From: Felis catus
Taxonomy: Eukaryota
Assembly: GCF_018350175.1 (NCBI RefSeq)
Contig: NC_058368.1
Coordinates: 121,336,001-121,400,000 of the forward strand
Direction: 5' to 3'
DNA length: 64,000 bases
Shown: positions 50,432-62,010 of the stretch, in pieces
How positions within the stretch are numbered: position 1 is the first letter of the stretch
How the letters are laid out: the number at the start of each line of letters is the position of its first letter
Made by a program: the position numbers and the translations under genes
Notes under the pieces: model-generated
What the model was told of the DNA's origin: nothing
Databases searched by the model: none
The model's input: only the letters and a program-made list of their open reading frames with translations

Positions 50432-50920
50432 GGGGCGCCTGGGTGGCTCAGTCTGTCAAGTGCCCGACTTCGGCTCAGGTCATGATCTCGCAGTTCGTGG
50501 GCTCAAGCCCCGTGTCAGGCTCTGTGCTGACAGCTCAGAGCCTGGAGCCTGCTTCGGATTCTGTGTCTCCCTCTCTCTCTGCCCCTCCCCCACTCATGCT
50601 CTGTCTCTCTCTCTCTCTCTCTTTCTCAAAAATAAATAAACATGGGGCGCCTGGGTGGCGCAGTCGGTTAAGCGTCCGACTTCAGCCAGGTCACGATCTC
50701 GCGGTCCGGGAGTTCGAGCCCCGCGTCAGGCTCTGGGCTGATGGCTCGGAGCCTGGAGCCTGTTTCCGATTCTGTGCCTCCCTCTCTCTCTGCCCCTCCC
50801 CCGTTCATGCTCTGTCTCTCTCTGTCCCAAAACTAAATAAACGTTGAAAAAAAAAAAAAATTTTAAAAAAATAAAAATAAAAATAAATAAACATTAAAAA
50901 ACCTTTAAAAAAAAAAAAAA
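50432..50920 (+). mobile_element. Can-SINE with a younger Can-SINE (50644-50878) nested in its tail
   Basis: Inner element flanked by 16-bp TSD aaaaataaataaacat (50628-50643, 50879-50894). Confidence 0.95.
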
Positions 50921-50956
50921 CTCATGTCTGCAAACTACTGCCAAATGTGCATTTCA

Positions 50957-51103
<147 letters not shown>

Positions 51104-51755
51104 CTAGGAAAATAAAGAGAAAATGATTGTTTTACAAAATCAAACTTGAATACTGCTGAGGGAGGGAAAATCTCTATAAAAGTTTTAATGCTCAATGAAA
51201 AATTTAATTCTGGTAGTCTAATATCAAGACCAAGAGATACTCAAATATGAAATAAAAGATGTAAAAAAGCTCATGCTTACAACCAAATGCCTAGATGAAA
51301 ATGACTGACTATATGTATCAATACTGATGATGGAGAACAACAATAATTATATTTTCTCTTTTTTTAACTCCCATCATTTATTGAATTTCTACTATGTACC
51401 AGGCACTGTACTAAGCATTTTATAGACATGATTCCTACAAGCTGAAAGGTAGTTCTTTAAAACCTCTTTTCACAGATAAGAGCTGAGAACCAGAAACATT
51501 AACAAGGTTACAGAGCCAGTAAGAAGCAGAGCCCGGATTAAACCCCATCATATACCATACTATTTCCTACATTATATAAGCTATATAGCCAAAGACTTTG
51601 CTCATTATTTTAAGTGGAAAAAGTCAACTGAGTCTTAGAAAAAACTTAAAGACATAGTAGTGTAAGGGAGTGCTTGAAAGTAGCTTAACAGAAACATATT
51701 TGTAAAGGGAACTCCATTTCATGTACCTATCCAATGGGCCAAAGGACTACACTTT

Positions 51756-51960
51756 AAAAAAAAATTTTTTTTTTAACGTTTATTTATTTTTGAGACAGAG
51801 CACAAACGGGGGAGGGTCAGAGAGAGGGAGACACAGAATCTGAAACAGGCTCCAGGCTCTGTCAGCACAGAGCCCGACGCGGGGCTCGAACCCGCAGACC
51901 ACGAAATCATGACCCGAGCCGAAGTCGGCCGCTTAACTGACTGAGCCACCCAGGCGCCCC
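51756..51960 (-). mobile_element. Young Can-SINE
   Basis: TSD aaaggactacacttt at 51741-51755 and 51962-51976; CpG-rich. Confidence 0.94.
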
Positions 51961-51990
51961 GAAAGGACTACACTTTAAAAAGCAACAATA

Positions 51991-52210
51991 GGGGCACCTC
52001 AGTGGCTGAGTCACGTAATCGTCCAACTTTGATTCAGGTCATGATTTCATGGTTAACAGGATCAAGCCCCATATCGGGCTCTGCACTGATGGTGCGGAGC
52101 CTGCTTGGGATGCTCTGTCTCCCTCTCTCTCTGCCCCTCCCCTACTCCCTCTCTCTCAAAATAAATAAACTTAAAAAAGAAAAAAACCTTTAAAATAAAT
52201 GAATAAATAA
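51991..52210 (+). mobile_element. Can-SINE
   Basis: ggggcacctcagtggctgagt head, CT tract, A tail. Confidence 0.9.
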
Positions 52211-52625
52211 ATAACCACATATTTTTAATGTAATGAGGCCTTCATCCTTTCAAATAGGCTTTTTCTCTTTGTTGCATTTTCAATTAAATGTGGTAAAAGT
52301 AACAGGATACTTATCAAGAAAAGTAGGGCATTTTATGGACTCCCACAGTTGCACTCCACCAGGCAATGGATTGAGAGCAAATAAACAGAATCTCCCAAAA
52401 CTCTAAAACTTGCTTATCTTCACCAATACTGGCCAAAAACTAAGGGAAAAAAAGTTATTTCTAGTATAATGTAAGATGATTCATCAATCTGGTTTATACC
52501 AGAAGCTAAAAAATCTTAAATAACCTTATCGAACCAAGACTCATCTAAAGAAAGCTCCTTTTCACTATTTAAAAAATCTTATATATCAATTTCCACTTTA
52601 TTTTTTAATAAAAGTCAGGTGTTGA

Positions 52626-54100
52626 CACAAAAATAAACTCAAAATGGATTAAAGACCTAAATGTGAGACTTGAAAGCATAAAAATCCTGGAAGAGAGCAG
52701 AGGCAGCACTTTCTCTGACATCGGTCATAACGATATTTTTCTAGGCATGTCTCCTGAGACAGGGGAAACAAAAGCAAAAATAAACTCTTGGGACTATATC
52801 AAAATAAAAAGTTCCTGCACAGAGAAGGAAACAGCAAAACTAAAAGGCAACCTCCTGAATGGGAGAAGATATTTGCAAATGACATATGCGATAAAGGGTT
52901 AGTATCTAAAATATGTAAAGTACTGACACAAGTCAACACCCAAAACACAAATAATCCAATTAAAAAATGGGCAGGAGAGCCTGGGTGGCTCGGTCCGTTA
53001 AGCTTCCAACTTCGGTTCAGGTCATGATCTCACAGTTCATGAGTTCGAGCCCTGCATCAGGCTCTATGCTGACAGCCTGCTTTCGGATTCTGTGTCTCCT
53101 TCTCTCTCTGCCCCTCCCTCACTCAGTCTCGGTCTCCCCCCCCACCTTGAAAATAAATAAACATAAAAAAAAAAACACTTTTTTTAATGGGCAGAAGACG
53201 TGAACAGACATTCTCCAAAGAAGATGTAGAGATAGCCAACAGACACATGGAAAGACACTCAACATCACTCATTATCAGGAAAATGCAAATCAAAATCACA
53301 ATGAGAACACCTCACACCTGTCAGAATGGCTAAAAATTAACAACACAAGAAACAACAGGTGTTGGCAAGGACATGGAGAAAAAGGGACCCTCATGCACTG
53401 TTGGTGGGAATGCAAACTGTTGCAGTCACTCTGGAAGACAACATGAAAGTTCCTCAAAAAGTTGAAAACAGAACTACCATATGATCCAGTAATTCCACTA
53501 CTGGGTATTTACACAAAGAATAGGAAAACACTAATTTAAATGGATACATACACCCATATGTTTATTCAGCATTATTTACAATAGCCAAATTATGGAAACA
53601 GCCCAAATGTCCATCAATTGATAAATAGATAAAGAAGATGTGGGGTGTCTGTGTGTGTGTATAAATAGAAATATATAAATATATATAGAACGGACTATTA
53701 CTCAGCCATAAAAGAGAATGAAATCTTGCCATTTGCAACAACATGCATGGATGTAGGGATTATACTGCTAAGTGAAATAAGTCGGTCAGAGAAATACCAT
53801 ACTGATTGCACTCACATGTGGAATTTAAGAAACGAAACAAACGAACAAAGCAAAAAGAGACAAACACAAAAACAGACTCTTAACTATAGAGAACAAACTG
53901 ATGGCTACCAGAGGGGAGGTGGCTGGGGGGGATGGTTGAAATAGGTGATGGGGATTAAGAGTACATTTATCATGGCAAGTACTGAGTAATGTACAGAATT
54001 GTTGACTCACTGTATTGCACACCTGAAACTAATATAACACTGTATGTTAACTATACTGGAATTAAAATTAATTAAAAAAAAGAAAAAGAAAAAAAGGTTT
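52626..54100 (+). mobile_element. 5'-truncated carnivore L1 containing a SINE (52975-53185)
   Basis: ORF2 remnants ([20 protein letters not shown]) and 3' UTR/poly-A; inner SINE TSD aatgggcag. Confidence 0.92.
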
Positions 54101-54121
54101 AAAAAATCAGGTTTTGAAAAC

Positions 54122-54879
54122 CCTATTTTGAAGGGCACATGCACCCCAATGTTTACAGCAATGCTATCAACAAGAGCCAAAGTATGGAAAGAGCCCCAAT
54201 ATTCATCAACGGATGAATGGATAAAGAAGATGTGGTGTATGTTAGGATGTCCTTGGAACCACAGTAGAGGGGACGGCCATCTTGCCAGCTCAACCCAACG
54301 AAAAGTTGCCAGAACAAATTGGAGGTCAACCAATCACCGAGCGACAGCACGACCTGATGCGAAAAAGGCCCACCTGGACCTAAACCCGGAACCGCTGCAG
54401 CTTAAAAACCCCACCCCACCACACCTTTGACTGCTAAAATTTTTAGCCTCTGACTCCTATCTTTACCCTGCCTTACGCCTAACCCTAACAGTTATATATA
54501 TACAATGGTTATTACTCAGCAATCAAAGAGAATGAAATCTTGCCATTTCCAACTACGTGGATGGAACTGGAGGGTATTAGCTAAGCGAAATTAGTCAGAG
54601 AAAGACAGCTATCATATGGCTTTACTCATATGAGTAATTTAAGATACAAAACAGATGAACATAAGGGAAGCAAAAATAATATAAAAACAGGGAGGGGGAC
54701 AAACACATAAGAGACTCTTAAATACAGAGAACAAACAGAGGGGTTGCTGGAGGGGTTGTGGGAGGGGGGGTGGGCTAAATGGGTAAAGGGCAGTAAGGAA
54801 TCTACTCCTGAAATCACTGTTGCACTATAAACTAACTTGCATGTAAATTTAAAAAATAATTAATTAAAAAAAAAAAAAA
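54122..54879 (+). mobile_element. Second truncated carnivore L1, containing an LTR-like insert
   Basis: GTCTPMF...WKEP...DEWIKKMW ORF2 end and 3' UTR with A tail. Confidence 0.9.
54240..54490 (+). mobile_element. Putative ERV solo LTR (251 bp)
   Basis: TG...CA ends with 7-bp inverted repeat TGTTAGG/CCTAACA, CCAAT and TA-rich box, CpG-rich, interrupts continuous L1 sequence. Confidence 0.6.
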
Positions 54880-55143
54880 GAAAATCACATTTTGATTTTT
54901 AAACCCACACGTAACATCTGATGCCACCCATAAGAGCAGAGTGAAGGAAAGTGAGCGCAGCATCAACCAGGGAATTAGAAGAGCTCAAATCCAGCCTCAT
55001 ATCTAACAAACTGTGGCTTAGACCAAAGCAATCACTTTGCATCTCTGCACCTCATTTCCTTCCATCTTTCAATGACGAGCTTGGATATAATATCTAAGGT
55101 CTCTTCTAGCTCTAAAATACAATGATTCAGTGAAATCATTTCA

Positions 55144-55245
<102 letters not shown>

Positions 55246-55471
55246 CTAAATACAAGGAGGGAAAATGAAAGTCATTAGTATCACTTAATATGACTGCAAT
55301 TAATCACCACCTCATTTCACCAAAGAGGAAAACTAGCTTCTCCACTTAACATGAAATGGTCTGTGTATTCCTCAGGAAGCCAGCCAAGCACAGGACAGGA
55401 CTAAGAGACCGCTCTGAAACTCAGGATCAAATGCTCCCACAGATAACATTGTTTCAAACGCAAAAGACTAT

Positions 55472-55689
55472 GGGGCTCCTGGGTGGCTCAGTCAGGTAAG
55501 TGTCCAACTTCAGCTCAGGTCATGATCTCATGGCTTGTTTCAGCCTGGAGTCAGGCTCTGTGCTGACAGCTCAGAGCCTGGAGCCTGCTTGGGATTCTGT
55601 GTCTCCCTCTCTCTCTGCCCCTCCACTGCTCACACTCTCTCTCTAAAATAAATAAACATTAAAAAAACAAAGAAAGAAAAATAAAAGAA
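55472..55689 (+). mobile_element. Can-SINE
   Basis: TSD aaaagacta. Confidence 0.92.
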
Positions 55690-56720
55690 AAAGACTAAAT
55701 CATTTTTATGTCCATCAAAAAAATTTTTTTCTTAAGAACATGGTCTTTAATTATTAGACCATTAGACTTTATTAATTTCAAATAAACATTAAATGACATC
55801 TATAATCTATAATCAATTATTTAACTCTTCTTAAATGTCTCATGGTATTATTGACATAGTCATGTTTACCATTTTCTATAGTGAAATCTAGCATCTACCT
55901 GCTCTATCAGAGAAAATGAAAAACAGGATAAAAGACAGAGGTTTCTGGAAAACCTCAGAAATGTAGTATAATGTATATGCCTGAATATAAGATGACCTTC
56001 AATATAACCTGTCCCCATTGTCCCAATGAAAAAAATACAAGAACTTTTTTGACCTCCAGGTATATGAACATTTAGAAATATGCACAAAATAAATGACTAC
56101 CATTATTAATTATTAACTCATTTGTAATTATATGACATAAAGTGCTTATTTAGAAATAACTTTATTACCATATTTCACGGAACAATTTCATTCAAAATCT
56201 ACACTTGCATGTTTTAACTCAAATGTCTTCATTATCACTAGAAGCACTTTTTTGAGTCCTCTAACACAGTTTTCTAGGGCAAATTATCTTTCCCTCTGCC
56301 TAAGTTGTCTGAGAGAGAGCATTTTTAGAAAATATATATGAAGTGACTGGGGCACAAAGGTGGAATGGGGAGAAACTCACAATTAGGTGAAAGCTATTGG
56401 TAGTGTCTTAGTTCCTGAGTTGAGGAGTAAATTCAGGAATATTCATTACATTATTAACTTTAAAACAATCCAAAACAGGACCAGGCATGGACCCTGATAC
56501 TATCTCATGGACAAAGGATTCTAATTAAGCCAATTCTGTAAATTGGAGGTCTCAATGGGAGAGAGGAAAAAAAAGAAGCAATTCAGTGTGTCTTATAATA
56601 TGAGAGACTTTGAAAGCATTTAAATATAAACATAAGGTCTTCCCTCATTTTTTTAAGGAGAATTGTGGGAGGAAAAACCAGGCACATACAATTAGTATTT
56701 TATGTATAAATTAATTGATA

Positions 56721-57165
56721 GGGGCACCTGGGAGGTTCCATCAGTTGAGCAAACGACTACTGATTTCAGCTGCAGTTGCGATCCTGGGGTCATGGGGTCA
56801 AGCCCCACACCGGGCTCTGCACTGAGTGTGTAGCCTGCTTGACATTTTCTCTCTCTTCTTCTGCCTCTCCCCCACTCTTGCTCTTTCTCTCTCTCTCTCT
56901 CTCAATAAGTAAGTAAATAAATAAATTAAAAATAGGGGCTCCTGGGTGGCTCAGTCGGTTAAGCGTCCGACTTCGGCTCAGGTCATGATCTCACGGTTCT
57001 TGAGTTCAAGCCCCGTGTCGGGCTCTGTGCTGACAGCTCAGAGCCTGGAGCCTGTTTCAGATTCTGTGTCTCCCTCTCTCTCTCTGACCCTCCCCCATTC
57101 ATGCTCTGTCTCTCTCTGTCTCAAAAGTAAATAAACGTTAAAAAAAAATTTAAAAAAATTAATTA
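56721..57165 (+). mobile_element. Two tandem Can-SINEs (older 56721-56934; younger 56935-57165 in its tail)
   Basis: Two heads; aattaaaaata repeated around the younger copy. Confidence 0.92.
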
Positions 57166-57337
57166 ATTAAAAATAAAGTAACTGAGAAATGGAATAAGAT
57201 CACAATCATTTTTTAATTCCTGCAACTTCTATACCCATCCATTCTCCTCCCTCCAAAAATATTTTTGACAGGTATATTTGGCAAAGGTACTAAACACAGA
57301 AGATGTTTATAAAAAGGTTTATTATAAAACAAAAGAT

Positions 57338-57552
57338 GGGGTGCCTGGGTGGCTCAGTTGGTTAAGCATACGACTTTGGCTCAGGTCATGATCTCTCGGT
57401 CTGTGAGTTTGAGCCCTGCATCGGGCTCTGTGCTAACAGTTCAGTGCCTGGAGCCTGCTCCGATTCTGTGTCTCCCTCTCTCTCTGACCCTCCCCCACTT
57501 GTACTCTGTCTCTCTCTCTCTCTCTCTCAAAATTAAACATTAAAAATATATA
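57338..57552 (+). mobile_element. Can-SINE
   Basis: TSD-like tataaaacaaaa. Confidence 0.92.
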
Positions 57553-57618
57553 TATAAAACAAAAATGGACCATATTTACTACAGTGAACTAGTTGTTACA
57601 ATCCCTGGCCCCTTGTAC

Positions 57619-57723
57619 CTCCAGGGAGTTGGTCAGGTAGACTATATTCTCCATCAGCACTGCCTGTTCATCAAACTCTAATTGCAAATCCAGAACACGA
57701 GGTCCCATCTTCTCCAGATTTTC
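57619..57723 (-). CDS. LARS1: LARS1 coding exon, 4th from last
   Basis: 105 nt, ctattag acceptor, gtacaa donor; [35 protein letters not shown]. Confidence 0.96.
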
Positions 57724-59352
57724 CTAATAGCCAAAACAGTTTTGAAAAATAAAAATCACATTAAGAATACGTTGAAATGAATACATTTCCTCCAAAGCAA
57801 TCATTCTTCTCTCAACTGATAAAATCTTCAAATTTGAACAGTTGAAGGAAAGGCCTTGGACTCATGGTTTCCCTTATCTATGTTTGTTCGTTAATGAAAT
57901 TATTGGCTCAGAATAATTATCATTTGAGGTATGATAAGACTAAGGCAACACCAAAAAGCCTGGAGGGACAAGGTTTTCAGATTTATAAAAGAAATAGCAT
58001 TTTATCATTGTTTATTTAGAATGACTTAATATGCAAGCCCAAAGAATTCACTTTGACAAGGAATCAAACAAATGTGTGGAAATATCCCTCAGGTAACCGA
58101 AAAGAAAGAAAAAAAAAATCTTTTTTTAATTTTCTAAGATAATACATCTTTAAAGCTAGTTCAGAGAATAGTGAATTAATAATAAACAAACAAAAAATTT
58201 CTACAAATTAAAAAAAAATTTAGGTTATATTGGTACTGAGATAATCTGATAGCACCTGAAAAACAATTTATTCTTAATTTTCTTGAACATGAAACAAAAT
58301 ATCTGCCACTCAAAATATAACCTTCGAGAGCCAAGCTTATATCCACAAGTATAGCTAACTGCCTAGAACATGCTGCACTAAATGAAAGCGACCTGACAAG
58401 ATTCCTAATACTCACTGTTTTCACTTACTGTCCAACCCGTTTCTTGTCCTATGAAAAAATGCTAGAAGCCATTTTCTTATTCTCAGATTTACAAAACGCT
58501 TTTCGAAAAAGTTTCAAACCATTAATTTGCCTGGCAAGTCCCCAATATTACTGAAAAAAAATACTACTACTGAAACAATCTAACACTGGTTTTCTAAAAA
58601 GCCACCTCTTGGATCTAGTATCATTTAACTACAGAACTTGTCAAATGAGTTTCACTGGATTCTTTAAAGTACATCATCAAACTTAATTGCCTTTGCAATC
58701 AATAATGAAATATTTTGTCGGATCCACGTATTGACAACGGATCTGGCATTTTGACCAGTGGCACTAGCTAAGTAGGGAACCAATGAATTAGGGACATATC
58801 AGCATATATATTATAACTTGATTGGTGTAGGTCAATCCAAAATTCTAAATTATTTCTGAAACTTCAAAGACCATAGGCTCAGAGAGTTGATTTTGGTCTA
58901 GGAGAACGAAAAGGCTTTCCTAAGAATACGATCTACTCCAATACAGGACAATCTAGAATTTTGGTCTCCATCACGCAGGCATCTGTAGCCTAGAAGATTA
59001 AACAATTAATCTAAGCTATAAGAATAACCACCATGTTCCAAGCAGAGTGAAATATACTAATTTACATTAAAAAAATTTACTAAGCCTACCTTTTGACAGA
59101 AAGTATTAAAGTGTGTTGAGTATATTACTTCATGTATTCCTCACAGCATTCCTAAAATGTAGGCTTTATTAATTTCTTCATTTTACAGATGAAAAACCAT
59201 GTGGCCCAGAGAATTTAAGTGATTTATCTAAGGTCTCAAAACTAAGAAGTGATGGACAAAAAGGATTTGGACCAAGATCTATCTGATCCCAGAGCCTGAG
59301 ATCAGCAGCAACATACAGCCATATGTTTCTCTTTAAGAAATGCAATAAATCA

Positions 59353-59575
59353 GGGGCGCCTGGGTGGCTCAGTCGGTTGGTTAAACGTCCAACTTCAGCT
59401 CAGATCATGATCTCACGGTCTGTGAGTTCGAGCTGCCTGTTGGGCTCTGTGCTGACAGCTCAGAGCCTGGAGCCTGCTTCTGATTCTGTGTCTCCCACTC
59501 TCTCTGCCCCTCCCCCACTCACGCTCTGTCTCTTTCACTCTCAAAAATGAATAAACGTTAAAAAAAAATTTTTTT
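59353..59575 (+). mobile_element. Can-SINE
   Basis: TSD aatgcaataaatcag at 59339-59353 and 59576-59590. Confidence 0.94.
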
Positions 59576-59622
59576 AATGCAATAAATCAGTTATTTCTCT
59601 GAAGAAAGCTAAGAGTCTAATG

Positions 59623-59869
59623 CAATGATTTCTCAACAGGAGAGGTGGGGGGGGGGGGGGGGAGGAGCATATTATGTCCCCAAGAGTCATTTGGCAATGT
59701 CTCGAGACATTTTGGGGTCCAAACTTGAGCAGGTGAGGAGGATGTTCTATTGCCATCTAGTGGGTAGAAGCCAAAAATACTGCAAAACATCCTATAATGC
59801 TCAGGATAGCCTCCCACAACAGAGAACTATCAGCCCACAGTATCAACAGACCACTGTTGAGAAACTCTG
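59623..59869 (+). mobile_element. MER20 (hAT-Charlie) DNA transposon
   Basis: caatgatttctcaac...catttggcaatgtctcgagacattttt...aaacatcctataatgc...gttgagaaactctg with terminal inverted repeats. Confidence 0.85.
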
Positions 59870-60256
59870 GTCTAACCACTATAATCAATGTTTATCCTCT
59901 TAAGCAAAACCTATCCAAATGTACTACCTTGGTTCCAGCAACAGGAGCTAACAAAAACACCCTAATGTAAGCCAAAAACAATATGGTTCCCCCCTAAACA
60001 GAAAAGAAGGTAGAACATGAAGAGAATCATTTAGTGTAACAATTCTAAACTAGTTTTTCTTCCACAATGCATATTTTCATATACTCAGCAATTGTACAGA
60101 TAAACCCCCAAAATGATCGCTCATTTGTCACAACCACTGATTGAAAAGTGCTATTTTAGCAGATTTCCTGGGAAAGACTATACTCAAAGTTCCCCCTTCC
60201 TTCTACCATCTAACCATTACTCACATAGTCACTGCTACATGAGGTCCACAGCTTAC

Positions 60257-60367
60257 CTTAATCATGGCAACAAATGGCATCACTTTCTTCATATATTTCT
60301 TCAATTCTGGCAAACTGCCCAGTTCGCTAGCAATGATCTTGTTATCAGGCAATTTTCTACTGTTGCC
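60257..60367 (-). CDS. LARS1: LARS1 coding exon, 5th from last
   Basis: 111 nt, T-rich ag acceptor, gtaagc donor; [37 protein letters not shown]. Confidence 0.96.
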
Positions 60368-60898
60368 CTAAAAAAACAGGTTGGAGAGGAATGTGGAGAA
60401 AAGTATTTTTTAAATAATGCGAAATAGTACATGTACCTGCAGGAAGTCGGCCATAGAATGGTGGCCTCTACTAGTCTGTTAGAATACAGTAGAAAATGGT
60501 GCAGCCCCAAGCATCATGGGGAAATGAAACATGAATGTATAAAATGGAAGGGAGTCTCCTATTCCCTCTAAATTTAAAGGATATATGTTTTTTGGGAAGG
60601 CAAAGAAAATAGGTGCATCCTTTTGAACATTTAATTTTCCCTTACACTAAAAACACCTCCATGATTGTAACTTTAGATCTTATCTGGTGAAAAAACAAAA
60701 TAGTCTTATAAAGATCTTGTTTGTCTCCAAACCTGTAAAAACATGTCATTCATTAGTCATATCAAAATGAAAACTGCACAACCATTATACAAGATTTATA
60801 TAATGTCTGCTTTTCAACACTCCTTATAAATTGTTACCACAAATGTGAAAAAAAAAATAAAATCCTTGGCTATCAACCTATTAAAAAGACTATCATTT

Positions 60899-61121
60899 AG
60901 GAACGCCTGTTGATACTATTGGCTATCAACCTAGTAAAAATAGTATCATTTCAGTTAAGCGTCCGACTCTTGATTTTGGTTCAGGTTGTGATCTCTCACA
61001 CTGACAGCACAGAGCCTGCTTGGGATTCCCTCTCTTCCTCTTTCTCTGCCCTTCCCCTGCCTGCGCGCTCCCACGCTTGATCTCTTTCTCTCTCTCTGTC
61101 TCTCTCTAACTAAATAAACTT
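60899..61121 (+). mobile_element. Rearranged Can-SINE (head disrupted, internal deletion)
   Basis: aggaacgcctg...[insert]...cagttaagcgtccgactcttgattttggttcagg...ctgacagcacagagcctgcttggg. Confidence 0.8.
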
Positions 61122-61139
61122 TAAAAATAGTATCATTTC

Positions 61140-62010
61140 GAACTACTGGGACCTTATGAAGATAAAAAGCTTCTGCACAGCAAAGGAAACAACCAACAAA
61201 ATTAAAAGGCAACCAACGGAATGGGAAAAGATATTTGCAAATGACATATCGGACAAATATCGGACTCAGATACCACCTCACGCCAGTCAGAGTGGCCAAA
61301 ATGAACAAATCAGGAGACTATAAATGCTGGAGAGGATGTGGAGAAACGGGAACCCTCTTGCACTGTTGGTGGGAATGCAAACTGGTGTAGCTGCTCTGGA
61401 AAACAGTGTGGAGGTTCCTCAAAAAATTAAAAATAGACCTACCCTATGACCCAGCAATAGCACTGCTAGGTATTTACCCAAGGGATACAGGAGTACTGAT
61501 GCATAGGGGCACTTGTACCCCAATGTTTATAGCAGCACTCTCAACAATAGCCAAATTATGGAAAGAGCCTAAATGTCCATCAACTGATGAATGGATAAAG
61601 AAATTGTGGTTTATATACACAACGGAGTACTATGTGGCAATGAGAAAGAATGAAATATGGCCCTTTGTAGCAACGTGGATGGAACTGGAGAGTGTGATGC
61701 TAAGTGAAATAAGCCATACAGAGAAAGACAGATACGATATGGTTTCACTCTTATGTGGATCCTGAGAAACTTAACAGAAACCCATGGGGGAGGGGAAGGA
61801 AAGAAAAAAACAAAAAGAGGTTAGAGTGGAAGAGAGCCAAAGCATAAGACACTCTTAAAAACTGAGAACAAACTGAGCGTTGATGGGGGGTGGGAGGGAG
61901 GGGAGGGTGGGTGATGGGTATTGAGGAGGGCACCTTTTGGGATGAGCACTGGGTGTTGTATGGAAACCAATTTGACAATAAATTTCATATATTGAAAAAA
62001 TAAATAAAAA
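61140..62010 (+). mobile_element. Young 5'-truncated felid L1 with internal deletion
   Basis: Open ORF2 C-terminus ([24 protein letters not shown]...); TSD taaaaa(t/c)agtatcatttc at 61122-61139 and 62011-62028. Confidence 0.94.

Noticed and set aside
50392..50847. Recurring ORFs with AQSVKRPTSAQVMIS...EPASDSVSP motifs
   Set aside because: Translations of Can-SINE sequence, not a gene family
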